Part shown: piece by piece, positions 12,151 through 26,026 of the stretch
Layout: every line of letters begins with the position of its first letter
Numbering within the stretch: the first letter of the stretch is position 1
Assembly (NCBI RefSeq): GCF_044704955.1
Contig: NC_091985.1
Span: forward strand, 202,368,001-202,432,000
Source: Pristiophorus japonicus
Taxonomy: Eukaryota
DNA length: 64,000 bases
Direction: 5' to 3'
The notes under the pieces: model-generated
Seen by the model: only the letters and a program-made list of their open reading frames with translations
Told to the model about the DNA's origin: nothing
Databases searched by the model: none
Program-made: the position numbers and the translations under genes

Positions 12151-12396
12151 AAACAACTGTCAAATAAATCAGCTTTGTTTCCTACATACAGTGAGTCGAT
12201 TCCTTGATTTTTTCAAGAGGAGGCTAATTGATGTCCTGTTACCGACTGTCCCATTTTTGAGCCTTTTCACGGCTTCTGTTTTAGTGATGTTGGTTGAGGG
12301 ATAAATGTTAGCCAGGACACCGGAGATCTCTCTTTTCTTCGAAATAATGTCATGGAATCTTTAACGCCGACTTGAGAGGTCAGATGGTTCTGATTC

Positions 12397-14065
12397 TTTT
12401 TTTTATTCGTTCACGGGATGTGGGCGTCGCTGGTAAGGCCAGCATTTATTGTCCATCCTTAATTGCCCTTGAGAAGATGGGGGGGAGCCATCTTCTTGAA
12501 CTGCTGCAGTGCGTGTGGTGAAGGTACTCCCACAGTACTGTTAGGGAGGGAGTTCCAGGATTTTGACCCAGCGATAATGAAGGAATGGCGATATGCTTTC
12601 AAATCAGGATGGTGTGTGACTTGGAAGGAAACGTGGAGATGGTGGTGTTCCCATGCGCCTGCTGCCCTTGTCCTTCTAGTTGGTAGAGGTCGTGGGTTTG
12701 TGAGGTACTGCCGAAGAAGCCTTGGCGAGTTGATGCAGTGTATCTTGTACATGGTAAACACTGCAGCCACGGTACATCGATGATGGAGGGAGTGGATATT
12801 TAAGGTGGTGGATGGGTGCCAATAAAGCGGGCTGCTTTGTCATGGATGTAGTCAAGCTTCTTGAGTGTTGTCGCAGTTGCATTCATCCAAGCAAGTGGAG
12901 AGTATTCCATCACACTCCTGACTTGTACCTTGTAGATGGTGGAAAGGCTCTGGGGAGTCAGGAGGCGAGACACTCACCATAGAATACCCAGCCTCTGACT
13001 TGCTCTTGTTGCCACAGTATTTATGTGGCTGTTCCAGTTAAGTTTCTGGTCAATGGTAACCCCAAGGATGTTGATGGTAGGGGATTCGGCTATGGTAATG
13101 CCATTGAATGTTATGGGGTGGTGGTTAGACTCTTGCTTGTTGGAGATAGTCATTGCCTGGCACTTGTGTCGTGACTGTTACTTGCCACTTATCAGCCCAA
13201 GCCTGAATGTTGTCCAGGTCTTGCTGTACGCAGGCATGGACTGCTCCATTATCTGAGGAGTTGCGAATGGAACTGAACACTGCAGTCATCAGCGAACATT
13301 CCCACTTCTGACCTTATAATGGAAGGAAGGTCATTGATGAAGCAACTGAAGGTGGTTGAGCCTAGGACACTGCCCTGAGGAACGCCTGCAACGATGTCCT
13401 GGGGCTGTGATGATTGACCTCCAACTACCACAACTATCTTCCTTTGTGCTAGGTATGACTCCAGCCAGTGTAGAGTTTTCCCCCAGATTCCCATTGACTT
13501 CAGTTTTACTACAGCTCCTTGATGCCGCACTCGGTCAAATGCTGCCCTGATGTCGAGGGCAGTCACTCTCACTTTGCCTCTGGAATTCAGCTCTTTTGAC
13601 CATGTTTGGACCAAGGCTGTGATGAGGTCTGGAGCCAAGTGGTCCTGGCGGAACCCAAATTGGGTATCGGTGAGCAAGTTATTGGTGAGTAAGTGCCGCT
13701 TGATACCACTGTTGGTGACAACTTCCATCACTTTGCTAATGATTGAGAATAGACTGATGGGGCAGTAATTGACCAGATTGGATTTGTCCTGCTTTTTGTG
13801 GCAGTTTTCCACATTGTCGCATCGATGCCAGTGTTGTAACTGTACTCGAACAACTTGGCTGGAGGTGCGGCTAGTTCTGGAGCACAAGTCTTCAGCACAA
13901 CAGCCGGTGTATTGTCGGAACCCATAGCCTTTGCTGTATCCAATGCATTCAGCTGTTTTTGATATCACGTGGAGTGAATCGAATTGGCTGAAGACTGGCT
14001 TCCTTCGGAGGAGGCCGATATGGATCATCCTCTCGGCACATCTGGCTGAAGATGGTTGTAAACAC
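12397..14065 (-). mobile_element. LINE, second family (CR1/L2 group), RT and 3' end
   Basis: [32 protein letters not shown] motifs; 3' end GCGACGCCCACATCCCGTGAA.GAATAAAAAA, also seen as a stub at 6458-6497 (+). Confidence 0.88.
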
Positions 14066-14079
14066 CAGCCTTTTCTTCT

Positions 14080-17000
14080 CAGAAGATCAAGATGTAGAAC
14101 CAGTTTGTGTCAAGATAAGAAATAATAAGGGAAAGAAATCACTGGTAGGAGTAGTCTATAGGCCCCCTAACAGTAGCTACACTGCAGGACAGCATATAAA
14201 TCAACAACACATGGAGGCTTGTAAGAAATACTGCAATAATCATGGGCGATTTTAATCTTTTTGATTGGACAAATCAAATTGGCAAAGGTAGCCTTAAGGA
14301 AGAGTTCATAGAGTGTATTCGGGATGTTCTTAGAACAATACGATGTAGAGCCAACCAGGGAGCAGACTATTTTAGATCTGGTAATGTGTAATTAATGATC
14401 TCATAGTAAAGGATCCTCTTGGGAAGAGTGATCATAACATGGTATAATTTCAAATTCAGTTTGAGGCTGAGAAACTTGGGTCTCGTACTCGTGCCCTGAA
14501 CTTAAATAAAGACAATTGCAAAGAAAGGGTAAGATGGTAGATAAGCAGTGATAGACATTTAAGGAGATATTTTATAACTCTCAGCAAAGATATATTCCAG
14601 TGAGAAAGAAAGATTCTTAAGAAGAACCAGCCATGGTTAACTAAGAATTTTTTGAGGATGTAACTGGTAGAGTGGACAAGGGAGAACCAGTGGATGTGGT
14701 GTATTTGGACTTTCAAAAGGCTTTTGACAATGTCCCACACAAGAGATTGGTGTGCAAAATTAAAGCACATGGTATTGGGGGTAATATACTGACGTGGATA
14801 GAGAACGTTGGCAGATAGGAAGCACAGAGTCGGGATAAATGGGTCCTTTGCAGAATGGCAGTGACTAGTGGGGTGCCGCAGGGCTCAGTACTGGGACTCC
14901 AGCTATTTACAGTATAAATTAATGATTTGGATGAGGGAATTAAGTGTAATATCTCCAAGTTTGCAGATGACACTAAGCTGGGTGGCAGTGTGAGCTGTGA
15001 GGAGGACGCTAAAAGGCTGCAGGGTGATTTGGACAGGTTAGGTGAGTGGGCAAACACGTGGCAGATGCAGTATAATGTGGATAAATGTGAGGTTATCCAC
15101 TTTGGTGGCAAAAACACGAAGGCAGAATATTATCTGAATGGTGGCAGATTAAGAAAAGGGGAGGTGCAACGAGACCTGGATGTCATGGTACATCAGTCAT
15201 TGAAAGTTGGCATGCAGGTACAGCAGGTGCTGAAGAAGGCAAATGGTATGTTGGCCTTCATAGCTAGGGGATTTGAGTATAGGAGCAGGGAGATCTTACT
15301 GCAGTTGTACAGGGCCTTAGTGAGGCCTCACCTGGAATATTGTGTTCAGTTTTGGTCTCCGATTCTGAGGAAGTACGTTCTTGCTATTGAGAGAGTGCAG
15401 CGAAGATTAACCAGACTGATTCCCGGGATAGCTGGACTGACATATGAGGAGAGACTGGATTGACTGGGCCTGTATTGACTGGAGTTTAGAAGGATGAGAG
15501 AGGATCTCATAGAAACATATAAAAATCTGATGGGACTGGACAGGTTAGATGAAGGAAGAATGTTTACGATGTTGGGGAAGTCCAGGACCAGGGGACATAG
15601 TCTACGGATAAGGGGTAAGCCATTTAGGACTGAGATAAGGAGAAACTTCTTCACTCAGAGAGTTGTTAACCTGTGGAATTCCCTACCGCAGAGAGTTGTT
15701 GATGCCAGTTCATTGGATATATTCAAGAGGGAGTTAGATATGGCCCTTACGGCTAAAGGGATCAAGGGGTATGGAGAGAAAGCAGGACAAGGGTACTGAG
15801 GTGAATGATCAGCCATGATCTTATCGAATGGTGGTGCAGGCTCGAAGGGCCGAATGGCCTACTCCTGCACCTATTTTCTATGTTTCTAAGAAGTAATGGA
15901 TGGCATCAAATTGAAAACAAAAGCATACAATGTTGCGAAGATTAGTGGAAGGCCAGAAGATTGGGAACTTTTTAGAAAAGAGCAAAAGACGACTAAAAAA
16001 GAAAAAAGGGAAAGGAGATAGATTGAGAGTAAACTAGCAAGAAATATAAAAAGAGACAGTAAGAGATTCCATAGGTATATAAAAAGGAAGAGAGTAGCTA
16101 AGTTGGTCCCTTAGAGGATGAGACTAGGGAATTAATAATGGAAAACAGAAGTGGCAGAGAATTTGAACAAATATTTTGTATCGGTCTTCACTGTAGAAGA
16201 CACTAAGAGCATCCCAGTAATGGATAATCAAGGGGCTATGGGGAGGGGACAAGATGGACAAGTCCCCTGGACCTAATGGCCTGCATCCTATGGTATTAAA
16301 AGAAGTGGCTACAGAGATGGTGGCTACATTGGTTGTAATCTGCCAAAAATCCCTGGATCCTGGATTTTTGATTGGAAAACAGCAAATGTAATTCCCTTAT
16401 TTAAGAAAGGAGGGAGACAGAAAGCAGGAAACTGTTAGCCTAACATCAGTCATTGGGAAAATGCTGGAGTCCATTATTGATGAAGTAGCAGCAGGACATT
16501 TAGAAGATCATGGTACAGTCAAGCAGAGTCAGCATGGTTTTATGAAAGGGAAATCATGCTTGACAAATTTATTGGTGTTCTTTGAGGATGTAATGAGCAG
16601 GGTGGATAAAGGGGAACCAGTAGGTGTCATGTATTTGGATTTCTAGAAGGCATTCGATAAGGTGCCACATAAAAGGTTACTGCACAAGATAAGAGCTCAT
16701 GGAATTGGGAGTAATATATTGACATGGATAGAGGATTGGCTAACGAACAGAAAACAGAATTGGGATAAATAGGTCATTTTCAGGTTGGCAAACTAACTAG
16801 TGGGGTGCCACAGGGATCAGTGCTGGGAACTCAACTATTTACAATCTATATTAATGACTTGGATGAAGGGACCAAGAGTAATTTAGTTTAATTTGCTGAT
16901 GATACAAAGATAGGTGGAAAAGCAATTTGTGAGGACGACGCAAAGAATCTACAAAGGGATATGGATAAGCTAAGTGAGTGAGCAAAAATTTGGGAGATGG

Positions 17001-17415
17001 AGTATAATGTGGGAAAATGTGAGGTTATCCACTTTGGTATGAAAAATATAAAAGCAAATTATTTAAATGGGGAAAGATTAGAAAATGCTGCAGTACAGAG
17101 GGATCTGCGGGTCCTTGTACATGAAACACAAAAAGTTAGCATGCAGGTACAGCAAGTAATTAAGAAGGCAAATGGAATGTTGGCCTCTTTTGCAAGGGGG
17201 ATGGAGTATAAAAGTAGGGAAGACCTGCTACAACTGTACAGGTTGTTGGTGACACCACACCTGGAGTACTTTATACAGTTTTGGTCTCTTTGGATTGGAG
17301 GCAGTTCAGAGAAGGTTCACGAGGTTGATTCGTGAGATGAGGGGGTTATGAAGAAAGGTTGAGCAGTTTAGGCCTATATTCATTGGAGTTTAGAAGAATG
17401 TGAGGTGATCTTATT
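14080..17415 (+). mobile_element. Degenerate CR1 (endonuclease to RT) interrupted by a nested family A copy
   Basis: SLVGVVYRPP endonuclease motif; RT motifs at 16461-17335; colinear across the 14646-15885 insert. Confidence 0.85.
14646..15885 (+). mobile_element. CR1 family A 3' portion nested in older CR1
   Basis: KFADDTKL RT core, TTTCTATG tail, CTAAG on both flanks. Confidence 0.9.
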
Positions 17416-18206
17416 GAGCACAGGTGAGCACAACAGTGGCAAATGGAATTCCATCCAGAGAAGTGTGAGGTAATACATTTGGGGAGGGCTAACAAGGAAA
17501 GGGAATACACATTAAATGGTAGGTCACTGAAAAGTGTAGAAGAACAAAGCAAGTGCATGTCCACAAATCCCTGAAGCTGGCAGGCCAGGTAGATAAGGTG
17601 GATAAGAAGGCATACGGAATGCTTGTTTTTATTAGCTGAGGCATAGAATACAAGAGCAGGGGTGATTATGCTTGAACTGTATAAAATACTAGTTAGGCTA
17701 CAGTTAGAGTACTGCATGAGTTCTGGTCACCGCATTACAGGAAGGATGTGATTGCACTGGAGAGGGTACAGAGGAGATTTACGAGGATGTTGCCAGGAGT
17801 GGAGAATCTTAGCTATGAGGACAGATTGGATAGGCTGGGTTTGTTTTCCTTGAAACAGAGGAGACTGAGGTGTATAAAATTATGAGGGCCCTAGATATAG
17901 TGAATAGAAAGGGCCTATTTCCGAGCAGAGGGGTCAACAACTAGGTGCATAAATTTAAAGTAATTGGTAGAAGGTTTAGAGGTGATTTGAGGGGAGATTT
18001 CTCCACCCAGACGGTGTTGGGGGTCTGGAGCTCACTGCCTGAAAGGGTGGCTGAGGCAGAAACCCTCACCACGTTTTTAAAAAGCACTTGAGGCGCTGTA
18101 ACCTGCGGACCTAGAGCTGGGAAGTGGGATTAGGTCGGATAGCCTCCTGTTGGCTGGCATGGACATGGCCTCCTTCCGTGCTGTAAATTTCCATGATTCT
18201 ATGATT
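17416..18206 (+). mobile_element. CR1 family C 3' portion (ATTCTATG tail)
   Basis: Degenerate RT C-terminus; ends CATGATTCTATGATT, like the classical CR1 (ATTCTRTG)n tail. Confidence 0.8.
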
Positions 18207-18264
18207 GTCAATCTGGTGAGAAAATGATCAGAAAAATAGTCAAACTGCCCCAGGGTCATGTTGT

Positions 18265-18576
18265 TCAGCCGCCGAATCCATAGAGAGTGCGGCTCTGCCG
18301 CTTCAGAGCGTACACCATATCCATGGCTGTGACCATTTTGCGTTTGGTGTGTTCAGTGTAGGTGACCACATCCCTGATCACATTCTCCAGGAAAACCTTC
18401 AGCACCCCGCGGGTCTCCTCGTAGATCAGGCCCGAGATCCACTTGACACCGCCACAGCGATCCAGGTGGCAGATGGCAGGTTTGGTGATACCCTGGATGT
18501 TATCACTGAGCACTTTACGGTGGCATTTGGCTCCGCCTTTACCAAGTCCTTTGCCTCCTTTACCTCGGCCAGACAT
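18265..18576 (-). pseudogene. H4: Histone H4 pseudogene or highly divergent copy (open frame, 12 substitutions)
   Basis: 103-codon H4 frame with R17C,R23S,R35C,R36H,A38D,R40C,R45W,A69V,A76T,T80M,V86M,G94S; no 3' stem-loop; upstream region homologous to that of intact H4. Confidence 0.88.
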
Positions 18577-18804
18577 CATAATTCTTCACAGGAACATAAA
18601 TTGAATGATAAACTCTCGCCATCCAGATGTGTTTATGAAGCCAGCCCAGACCTGGTTGAGGAAGGCGAGTGTGAGAGAGGCAAGGAGGAACCAGAATCAG
18701 GGTGACAGGTTGAGCAGAGACAGTGGCCTCTGAGCTTCCAGATCCGCCTCCAGACTTCATGCTCCAGCATTGAAATACTTGCCTGCTCCTTCCCGGCACC
18801 CTCT

Positions 18805-19575
18805 CCCCGCCCAGTGTTTAACCCGACGGGAAGGGCCCTTGTGACCTCCCCTCCCCCAGCGGCTGCCGTTTCCTCTGTGCTTGGCTGATGATCGTTGAAC
18901 ACATCAGGGAGCGGAGATATCCCGGGCCCAAGTAAGGGAGCAAACAGCAGCCTCCTTCCAGCAGCTCATCACATTGAGACTGTGTCCGTAAATGGGCTTT
19001 GTGTCGGGGTATCGGGGGCTGTTTGTAAGAGGCAGAGTAGAGCAGGAAGTAGTTTGGGAACATGGAGTGAGTGGGGGAAGGGAGCGGAGATATCCCGGGT
19101 TGTGTGTGTACAGTGTAAGGCAACAGAGAAAGTTAATCACCGCACTCTTTCAAGTCATTGTTGCATTCTTTCACCAAATCAGTAGTAAATGTTCCTGATT
19201 CCCAATCTCACCATGTCTGCTCTTCTTGGACATTGAACAGTGGAAACACAGCTTGACAGTGAGGATGTGAGAAGTGTCACAAAGTGCATCTATTGCAGGC
19301 ACCAGGACAGAAAGTGTGAAAGTGAACATTCCGTTTTGTTTCAGTGCGTTGAGTTCTCCAGAACCATGTTGAAGGTGATCGAGAGATACATTGTCGCTCC
19401 CTAAGATACATTCTGTTGACTGCACAGGCCCTTAACTTGGTTCTAATAGACTGAGAACAATTGTGGTACAGCCCAGGTACCTGTAGTTATAATCCAGAAA
19501 GTGATTCAGAATTTTACAGGTAGTCCTATGGGAGAGGAAGTTATAAATCTCGACTGTATCAATCGGGTGATCCCA
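18805..19575 (+). repeat. Dispersed promoter/first-exon-like module, copy 1
   Basis: Colinear with 63185-64000 and, more distantly, 49140-49690; GTAAGG donor-like sites at 18932 and 19115. Confidence 0.8.
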
Positions 19576-19687
19576 TTCATGAACCAGTGCCGGATTTGTA
19601 TTGTGTCTGGATGCTGATAACTTTCTATAAAACCATCCTACACACCTGGTGTGGAAAATCTGAGTGCCGCTGTACTGCAGTGAGGTC

Positions 19688-22228
19688 AGAAACATAGACA
19701 ATAGGTGCAGGAGTACGCCATACGGTCCTTCGAGCCTGCACCGCCATTCAATATGATCAAGTCTGATCATGTAACTTCAGTACCCCATTCCTACTTTCTC
19801 TCCATACCCCTTGATCCCTTCAGCCGTAAGGGCCGCATCTAACTCCCTTTTGAATATATCTAACGAACTGGTCTCAACAACTTTCTGTGGTAGAGAATTC
19901 CACAGGTTCACAATTCTGAGTGAAGAAGTTCTCTTCTCGGTCCTAAATGCCTTACCCCTTATCCTGAGACTGTGACCCCTGGTTCTGCACTTCCCCAACA
20001 TCAAAAACATTCTTCCTGCATCTAACCTGTCCAATCCTCTCAGAATTTTATATGTTTCTATGAGATCCCCTCTCATTCTCCTAAATTCCAGTGAATGCCT
20101 AGTCGGTCCAGTCTTTCTTCATATGTCAGTCCCGCCATCCCGGGAATCAGTTTGGTGCACCTTCGCTGCACTCCCTCAATAGCAAGAATGTCCTTCCTCA
20201 AGTTAGGAGACTAAAACTGTACACAATACACCAGGTGTGGCCTCACCAAGGCCCTGTACAATTGTAGCAACACCTCCCTGCCCCTGTACTCAAATCCCCT
20301 CGCTATGAAGGCCAACATGCCATTTGCTTTCTTAACCGCCTGCTGTACCTGCATGCCAACCTTCAATGACTGATGTACCATGACACCCAGGTCTCGTTGC
20401 ACCTCCCCTTTTCCTAATCTGTCACCATTCAGATAATAGTCTGTCTCTCAGGTTATCCACTTTGGTGGTAAAAACAAACATTTATCCACATTATACTTCA
20501 TCTGCCATGCATTTGCCCACTCACCTAACCTATCCAAGTCACTCTGCAGCCTCATAGCATCTTCCTCGCAGCTCACACTGCCACCCAACTTAGTGTCATC
20601 CGCAAATTTGGAGATACTACATTTAATCCCCTCGTCCAAATCATTAATGTACAATGTAAACAGCTGGGGCCCCAGCACAGAATCTTGCGGTACCCCACTA
20701 GTCACTGCCTGCCATTCTGAAAAGTACCCATTTACTCCTACTCTTTGCTTCCTGTCTGCCAATCAGTTCTCATTCCACGTCAACATACTACTCCCAATCC
20801 CATGTGCTTTAACTTTGCACATTAATCTCTTGTGTGGGACCTTGTCGAAAGCCTTCTGAAAGTCCAAATACACCACATCAACTGGTTCTCCCTTGTCCAC
20901 TCTACTGGAAACATCCTCAAAAAATTCCAGAAGATTTGTCAAGCATGATTTCCCTTTCACAAATCCATGTTGACTTGGGCCTATCATGTCACCTCTTTCC
21001 AAATGCGCTGCTATGACATCCTTAATAATTGATTCCATCATTTTACCCACTACCGATGTCAGGCTGACCGGTCTATAAATCTCTGTTTTCTCTCTCCCTC
21101 CTTTTTTAAAAAGTGGGGTTACATTGGCTACCCTCCACTCCATCGGAACTGATCCAGACTCTATGGAATGCTGGAAAATGACTGTCAATGCATCCGCTAT
21201 TTCCAAGGCCACCTCCTTAAGTACTCTGGGGTGCAGACCATCAGGCCCTGGGGATTTATCGACCTTCAATCCCATCAATTTCCCCAACCAAATTTCCCGA
21301 CTAATAAGGATTTCCCTCAGTTCCTCCTTCTTACTAGACCCTCTGACCCCTTTTATATCCGGAAGGTTGTTTGTGTCCTGCTTGGTGAATACCGAACCAA
21401 AGTACTTGTTCAATTGGTCTGCCATTTCTTTGTTCCCCGTTATGACTTCCCCCGATTCTGACAGCAGGGGACCTACGTTTGTCTTTACTAACCTTTTTCT
21501 CTTTACATATCGATAGAAGCTTTTGCAATCCGTTTTAATGTTCCCTGCAAGCTTCTTCTCGTACTCTATTTTCCCTGCCCTAATCAAACCCTTTGTCCTC
21601 CTCTGCTGAGTTCTAAATTTCTGCCAGTCCCCGGATTCGTTGCTATTTCTGGCCAATTTGTATGCCACTTCCTTGGCTTTAATACTATCCCTGATTTCCC
21701 TTGATAGCCACGGTTGATCCACCTTCCCTTTTTTATTTTTACGCCAGACAGGGATGTACAATTGTTGTAGTTCATCCATGCGGTCTCTAAATGTCTGCCA
21801 TTGCCGATCCACTGTCAACTTCTTAAGTATCATTCGCCAATCTATCCTATACAATTCACGCCTCATACCTTCAAAGTTACCCTCCTTTAAGTTCTGGACC
21901 ATGGTCTCTGAATTAACTGTTTCATTCTCCATCCTAATGTAGAATTCCACCATATTATGGTCACTCTTCCCCAAGGGGCCTCGCACAACGAGATTGCTAA
22001 TTAATCCTCTCTCATTGCACAACACCCAGTCTAAGATGGCCTCCCCCCGAGTTGGTTCCTCGACATATTGGTCTAGAAGACCAACCCTTATGCACTCCAG
22101 GAAATCTTCCTCCATCGTATTGCTTCCAGTTTGGTTAGCCCAATCTATATGCATATTAAAGTCACCCATAATAACTGCTACACCTTTATTGCATGCAGCC
22201 CTAATTTCCTGTTTGATGCCCTCCCCAA
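19688..22228 (-). mobile_element. CR1 family A-type, endonuclease C-terminal half to 3' tail
   Basis: MGDFNMH, SDHNMV, YLDFQKAFDKV, KFADDTKL; CR1 tail at 19688-19740. Confidence 0.93.
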
Positions 22229-23895
22229 GGTGTGGCCTCACCAAGGCCCTGTACAACTGCAGTAAGACCTCCCTGCTCCTATACTCAAATCCTCTCGCTA
22301 TGAAGGCTAACATGCCATTTGCCTTCTTCACCGTCTGCTGTACCTGCATGCCAACTTTCAATGACTGATGCACCATGACACTCGGGTCTCGTTGCACCTC
22401 CCCTTTTCCTAATCTGTCACCATTCAAATAATATTCTGCCTTCCTGTTTTGGCCACCAAAGTGGATAACTTCATATTTTTCTACATTATACTGCATTTGC
22501 CATGCATTTGCCCACTCACCTAACCTGTCCAAGTCACCCTGCAGCCTCTTAGCTTCCTCCTCACAGCTCACACTGCCACCCAGCTTAGTGTCATCTGGAA
22601 ACTTGGAGATATTACATTCAATTCCTTTGTCCAAATCATTAATGTATATTGTAAATAGCTGGGGTCCCAGCACTGTCACTGCCTGCCATTCTGAAAAGGA
22701 CCCATTCATTCTGACTCTTTGCTTCCTGTCTGCAAACCAGTTCTCTATCATGTCAATATATTAGCCCCAATACGATGTGCTTTAATTTTGCACACTAATC
22801 TCTTGTATGGGACCTTGTCAAAAGCCTTTTGAAAGTCCAAATATACCATATCCACTGGTTCTCCCTTGTCCACTCTACTCGTTACATCCTCAAAAAATTC
22901 TAGAAGATTTGTCAAGCATGATTTCCCTTTCATAAATCCATGCTGTCTTGGACCGATCCTGTCACTGCTTTCCAAATGCGCTGCTATTACGTCTTTAATA
23001 ATTGATTCCAACATTTTCCCCACTACCGATGTCAGGCTAACCGGTCTATAATTCCGTGTTTTCTCTCCCTCCTTCTTTAAAAATTGGGCTTACATTAGCT
23101 ACCCTCCAATCCATAGGAACTGATTGAGAGTCTATAGAATGTTGGAAAATGACCACCAATGTATCCACTATTTCTAGGGCCACTTCCTTCAGTACTCTGG
23201 GATGCAGACTGTTAGGCCCTGGGGATTTATCGGCCTTCAATCCCATCAATTTCCCTAACACAATTTCCTGACTAATAAGGATTTACTTCAGTTCCTCTTT
23301 CTTGCTAGACCCTCGGTCCCCTAGTATTTCCGAAAGGTTATTTGTGTCTTCCTTAGTGAAGACAGAAACAAAGTATTTGTTCAATTGTTCTGCTATTTCT
23401 TTGTTCCCCATTATAAATTCACCTGATTCTGACTGCAAGGGACTTACATTTGTCTTCATTAATCTTTTTCCCTTCACATATCTATAGAAGCTTTTTCAGT
23501 CACTTTTTATGTTCCCAGCAAGCTTACTCTCATACTCTATTTTACCCCTCCTAATTAAACCCTTTATCCTCCTCTGCTGAATTCTAAATTTTTCCCAGTC
23601 CTCAGGTTTGCTGCTTTTTCTGGCCAATTTATATGCCTCTTCCTTGGTTTTAAAACTATCCCTAATTTCCCTTGTTAGCCACGGTTGAGCCACCTTCCCC
23701 GTTTTATCTTTACACTAGACAGGGATATACAATTGTTGAAAGTCATCCATGTGATCTTTAAGTGTCTGCCATTGCCTATCCACCGTCAACCCTTAAAGTA
23801 TCATTTGCCAGTCTATCCTAGCCAATTCACGTCTCATACCATCGAAGTTACCTTTCTTTAAGTTCAGGACCCTAGTTTCTTGAGTTAACTGTGAC
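22229..23895 (-). mobile_element. Second CR1 copy (RT region, lacking 3' end) fused in frame to the adjacent copy
   Basis: Repeats the RT segment; junction ALVRPHL|GEGIKQEI in ORF 20763-22751. Confidence 0.9.
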
Positions 23896-24309
23896 AAGGA
23901 CACTGTTTGTATCATGGTTTCCTCTCTCCAGATACTTTACTTTATTATAAACATTTCCATTCATTACAACTTTATTTTATATTCTCTGCCTCAGTTGTCC
24001 ATATCATAACTAATATTTTTCTGGTATTATTATTCTCAAAGCAAAATAGTTCATTGAGCCAGTATAAATCTGATATTTCCTTCACCTAGAATACAGGGGA
24101 AAGTGCAAGCAGCTCCTTCTCACAGTGAGTGCATTATCACTCACAGAGCGCAGAGACACAGAACCGGCCTCAATCCTATTATCACAGGCAGCAGAAGCTG
24201 TCACTCCAACAGTGGTCCGAAGTGGCTGAGTTACATTGTGAATCTTACGGCCACTGGAGCGGTAGGATCCAATGCTGTTTCACCATTGAAACAGATCAGA
24301 TTCATATAC

Positions 24310-26026
24310 GAGATACTGAAATATACAGAATAAAACCCACACTTGCACACCAGAAACTGATAGGTACAGATTAAAACCCACACTCACAGACCAGAAACTG
24401 TCAGGTACAGATTAAACCACACACTTTTTAGCAGAAACTGATGGTTACATATTAAACCCACACTCATATACCAGACACTGACAGCTGTGGGATAAAACCA
24501 ACACTCCAATACCAGAAACTGACAGGTACAGATTAATCCCACATTTATTTTTACCAGAAACTGACAGATACAGAATAAAACCCACACTCATACAGAAATG
24601 ACAGGTACAGATTAAACCCACACTCGTAAACCAGAAACTGACAGGTACAGGTTAGACCCACACTCATATACCAGAAACTGACAGGTACAGATTAAACACA
24701 CACTCATTTACCAAAAACTGACAGGCACAATTTAAACACACACTCATATACCAGAAACTGACAGGTACAGGTTAAACCCACACTCATATACCAGAAACTG
24801 ACAGATACAGATTAAACACACACTCATTTACCAAAAACTGACAGGCACAATTTAAACACACATTCATATATCAGAAACTGACAGGTACAGAATATCATGC
24901 ACACTCACATACTAGAAACTGCCAGGTACAGATTAAACCTCACGCTCATATCAGAAACTGACAGGTACAGATTAATCAGCACACTCATTTTTCAGAAACT
25001 GACAGGTATCGAATAAAATACACATACATATTCCAGAAACTGACAGGTCCAAATTAAAACACACACTCACATACCAGAAACTGACAGGTATCGGTTAAAC
25101 ACACACTCACATCCCAGAGATAGGCAGGTAATAAAATACACACTCATATACCAGAAACTGACAGGTACAGAATAAAATATACACTCGCATACCAGAAACT
25201 GGTAGGTACAGCTTAAACCCCGCACTCGCATACCAGAGATTGAAATGTCTAGAATAAAATGCACACTCACATATCATAAACTGACAGTTACAGAAAAAAA
25301 GAACACACTCACATACCAGAGACTGACAGGTACAGAATAAAATACACATTAATATATCAGAAACTGACAGGTACAGAATAAACACGCACTCATATACCAG
25401 AAACTGACGGGTACAGAATAGTAACCCACACTCATAGCAGATACTGACAGGTACAGATTGCACCCTACACTCATATATCAGAAACTGACAGGTACAGATT
25501 AAAATACCCACTCGCATATTAGAATCTGATATGTACAGATTACACCCCACACTCACATACCAGACACTGACAGGTACAGGATAAAACCTACGCTCACACA
25601 TCAGATACCGACAGGTACAGATTAAACCCACACACATATGGCAGAAACTGACAGTTGCAGAATAGAAACCCACACTCACATACCAGAAACTGACAGTTCC
25701 AGATTAACCCCACAGTCATACATCAGAAATTGACAGGTACAGAATAAAATACACAGTCACATAACAGAAACTGACAGTTACAGAATAAAGCCCACAGTCA
25801 TATACCAGAAATTGACAGGTACAGATTAAAGACCACACTCACACACCAGAAACTGATACGTATAGAATTAAACCTCACATTCACATACCAAAAACTGACA
25901 GTTAGATATTAAACCCACATTCATATAGCAGAACCAAGAGGAACAGAATAAAATCCACACTCACAAAGCAGCTGACAGGTGCAGATTAACCCCACAGCCA
26001 TACCAGAAACTAACAGGTACAGAATA
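24310..26026. repeat. 40-41 bp satellite, about 40 units
   Basis: Tandem consensus CCAGAAACTGACAGGTACAG(A/AA)T(T/A)AAACCCACACTCA(T/C)ATA. Confidence 0.95.

Noticed and set aside
18885-18907. CTGATGA...CATCAG hairpin (also about 63274) as a possible C/D snoRNA
   Set aside because: Box C is imperfect and no correctly placed box D with terminal stem was found
23900-24300. Possible minus-strand terminal exons with AATAAA
   Set aside because: Implied intron is only 59 nt (24144-24086) and the donor is half of a small palindrome; support too weak
25067-25679. Cys-rich ORFs in the satellite
   Set aside because: Translations of a tandem repeat with no independent coding evidence
24310-26026. Regularly spaced repeats superficially like a CRISPR array (also 50480-55560 and 56235-57317)
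   Set aside because: Units are contiguous tandem copies with no unique spacers, there are no cas genes, and the context is vertebrate
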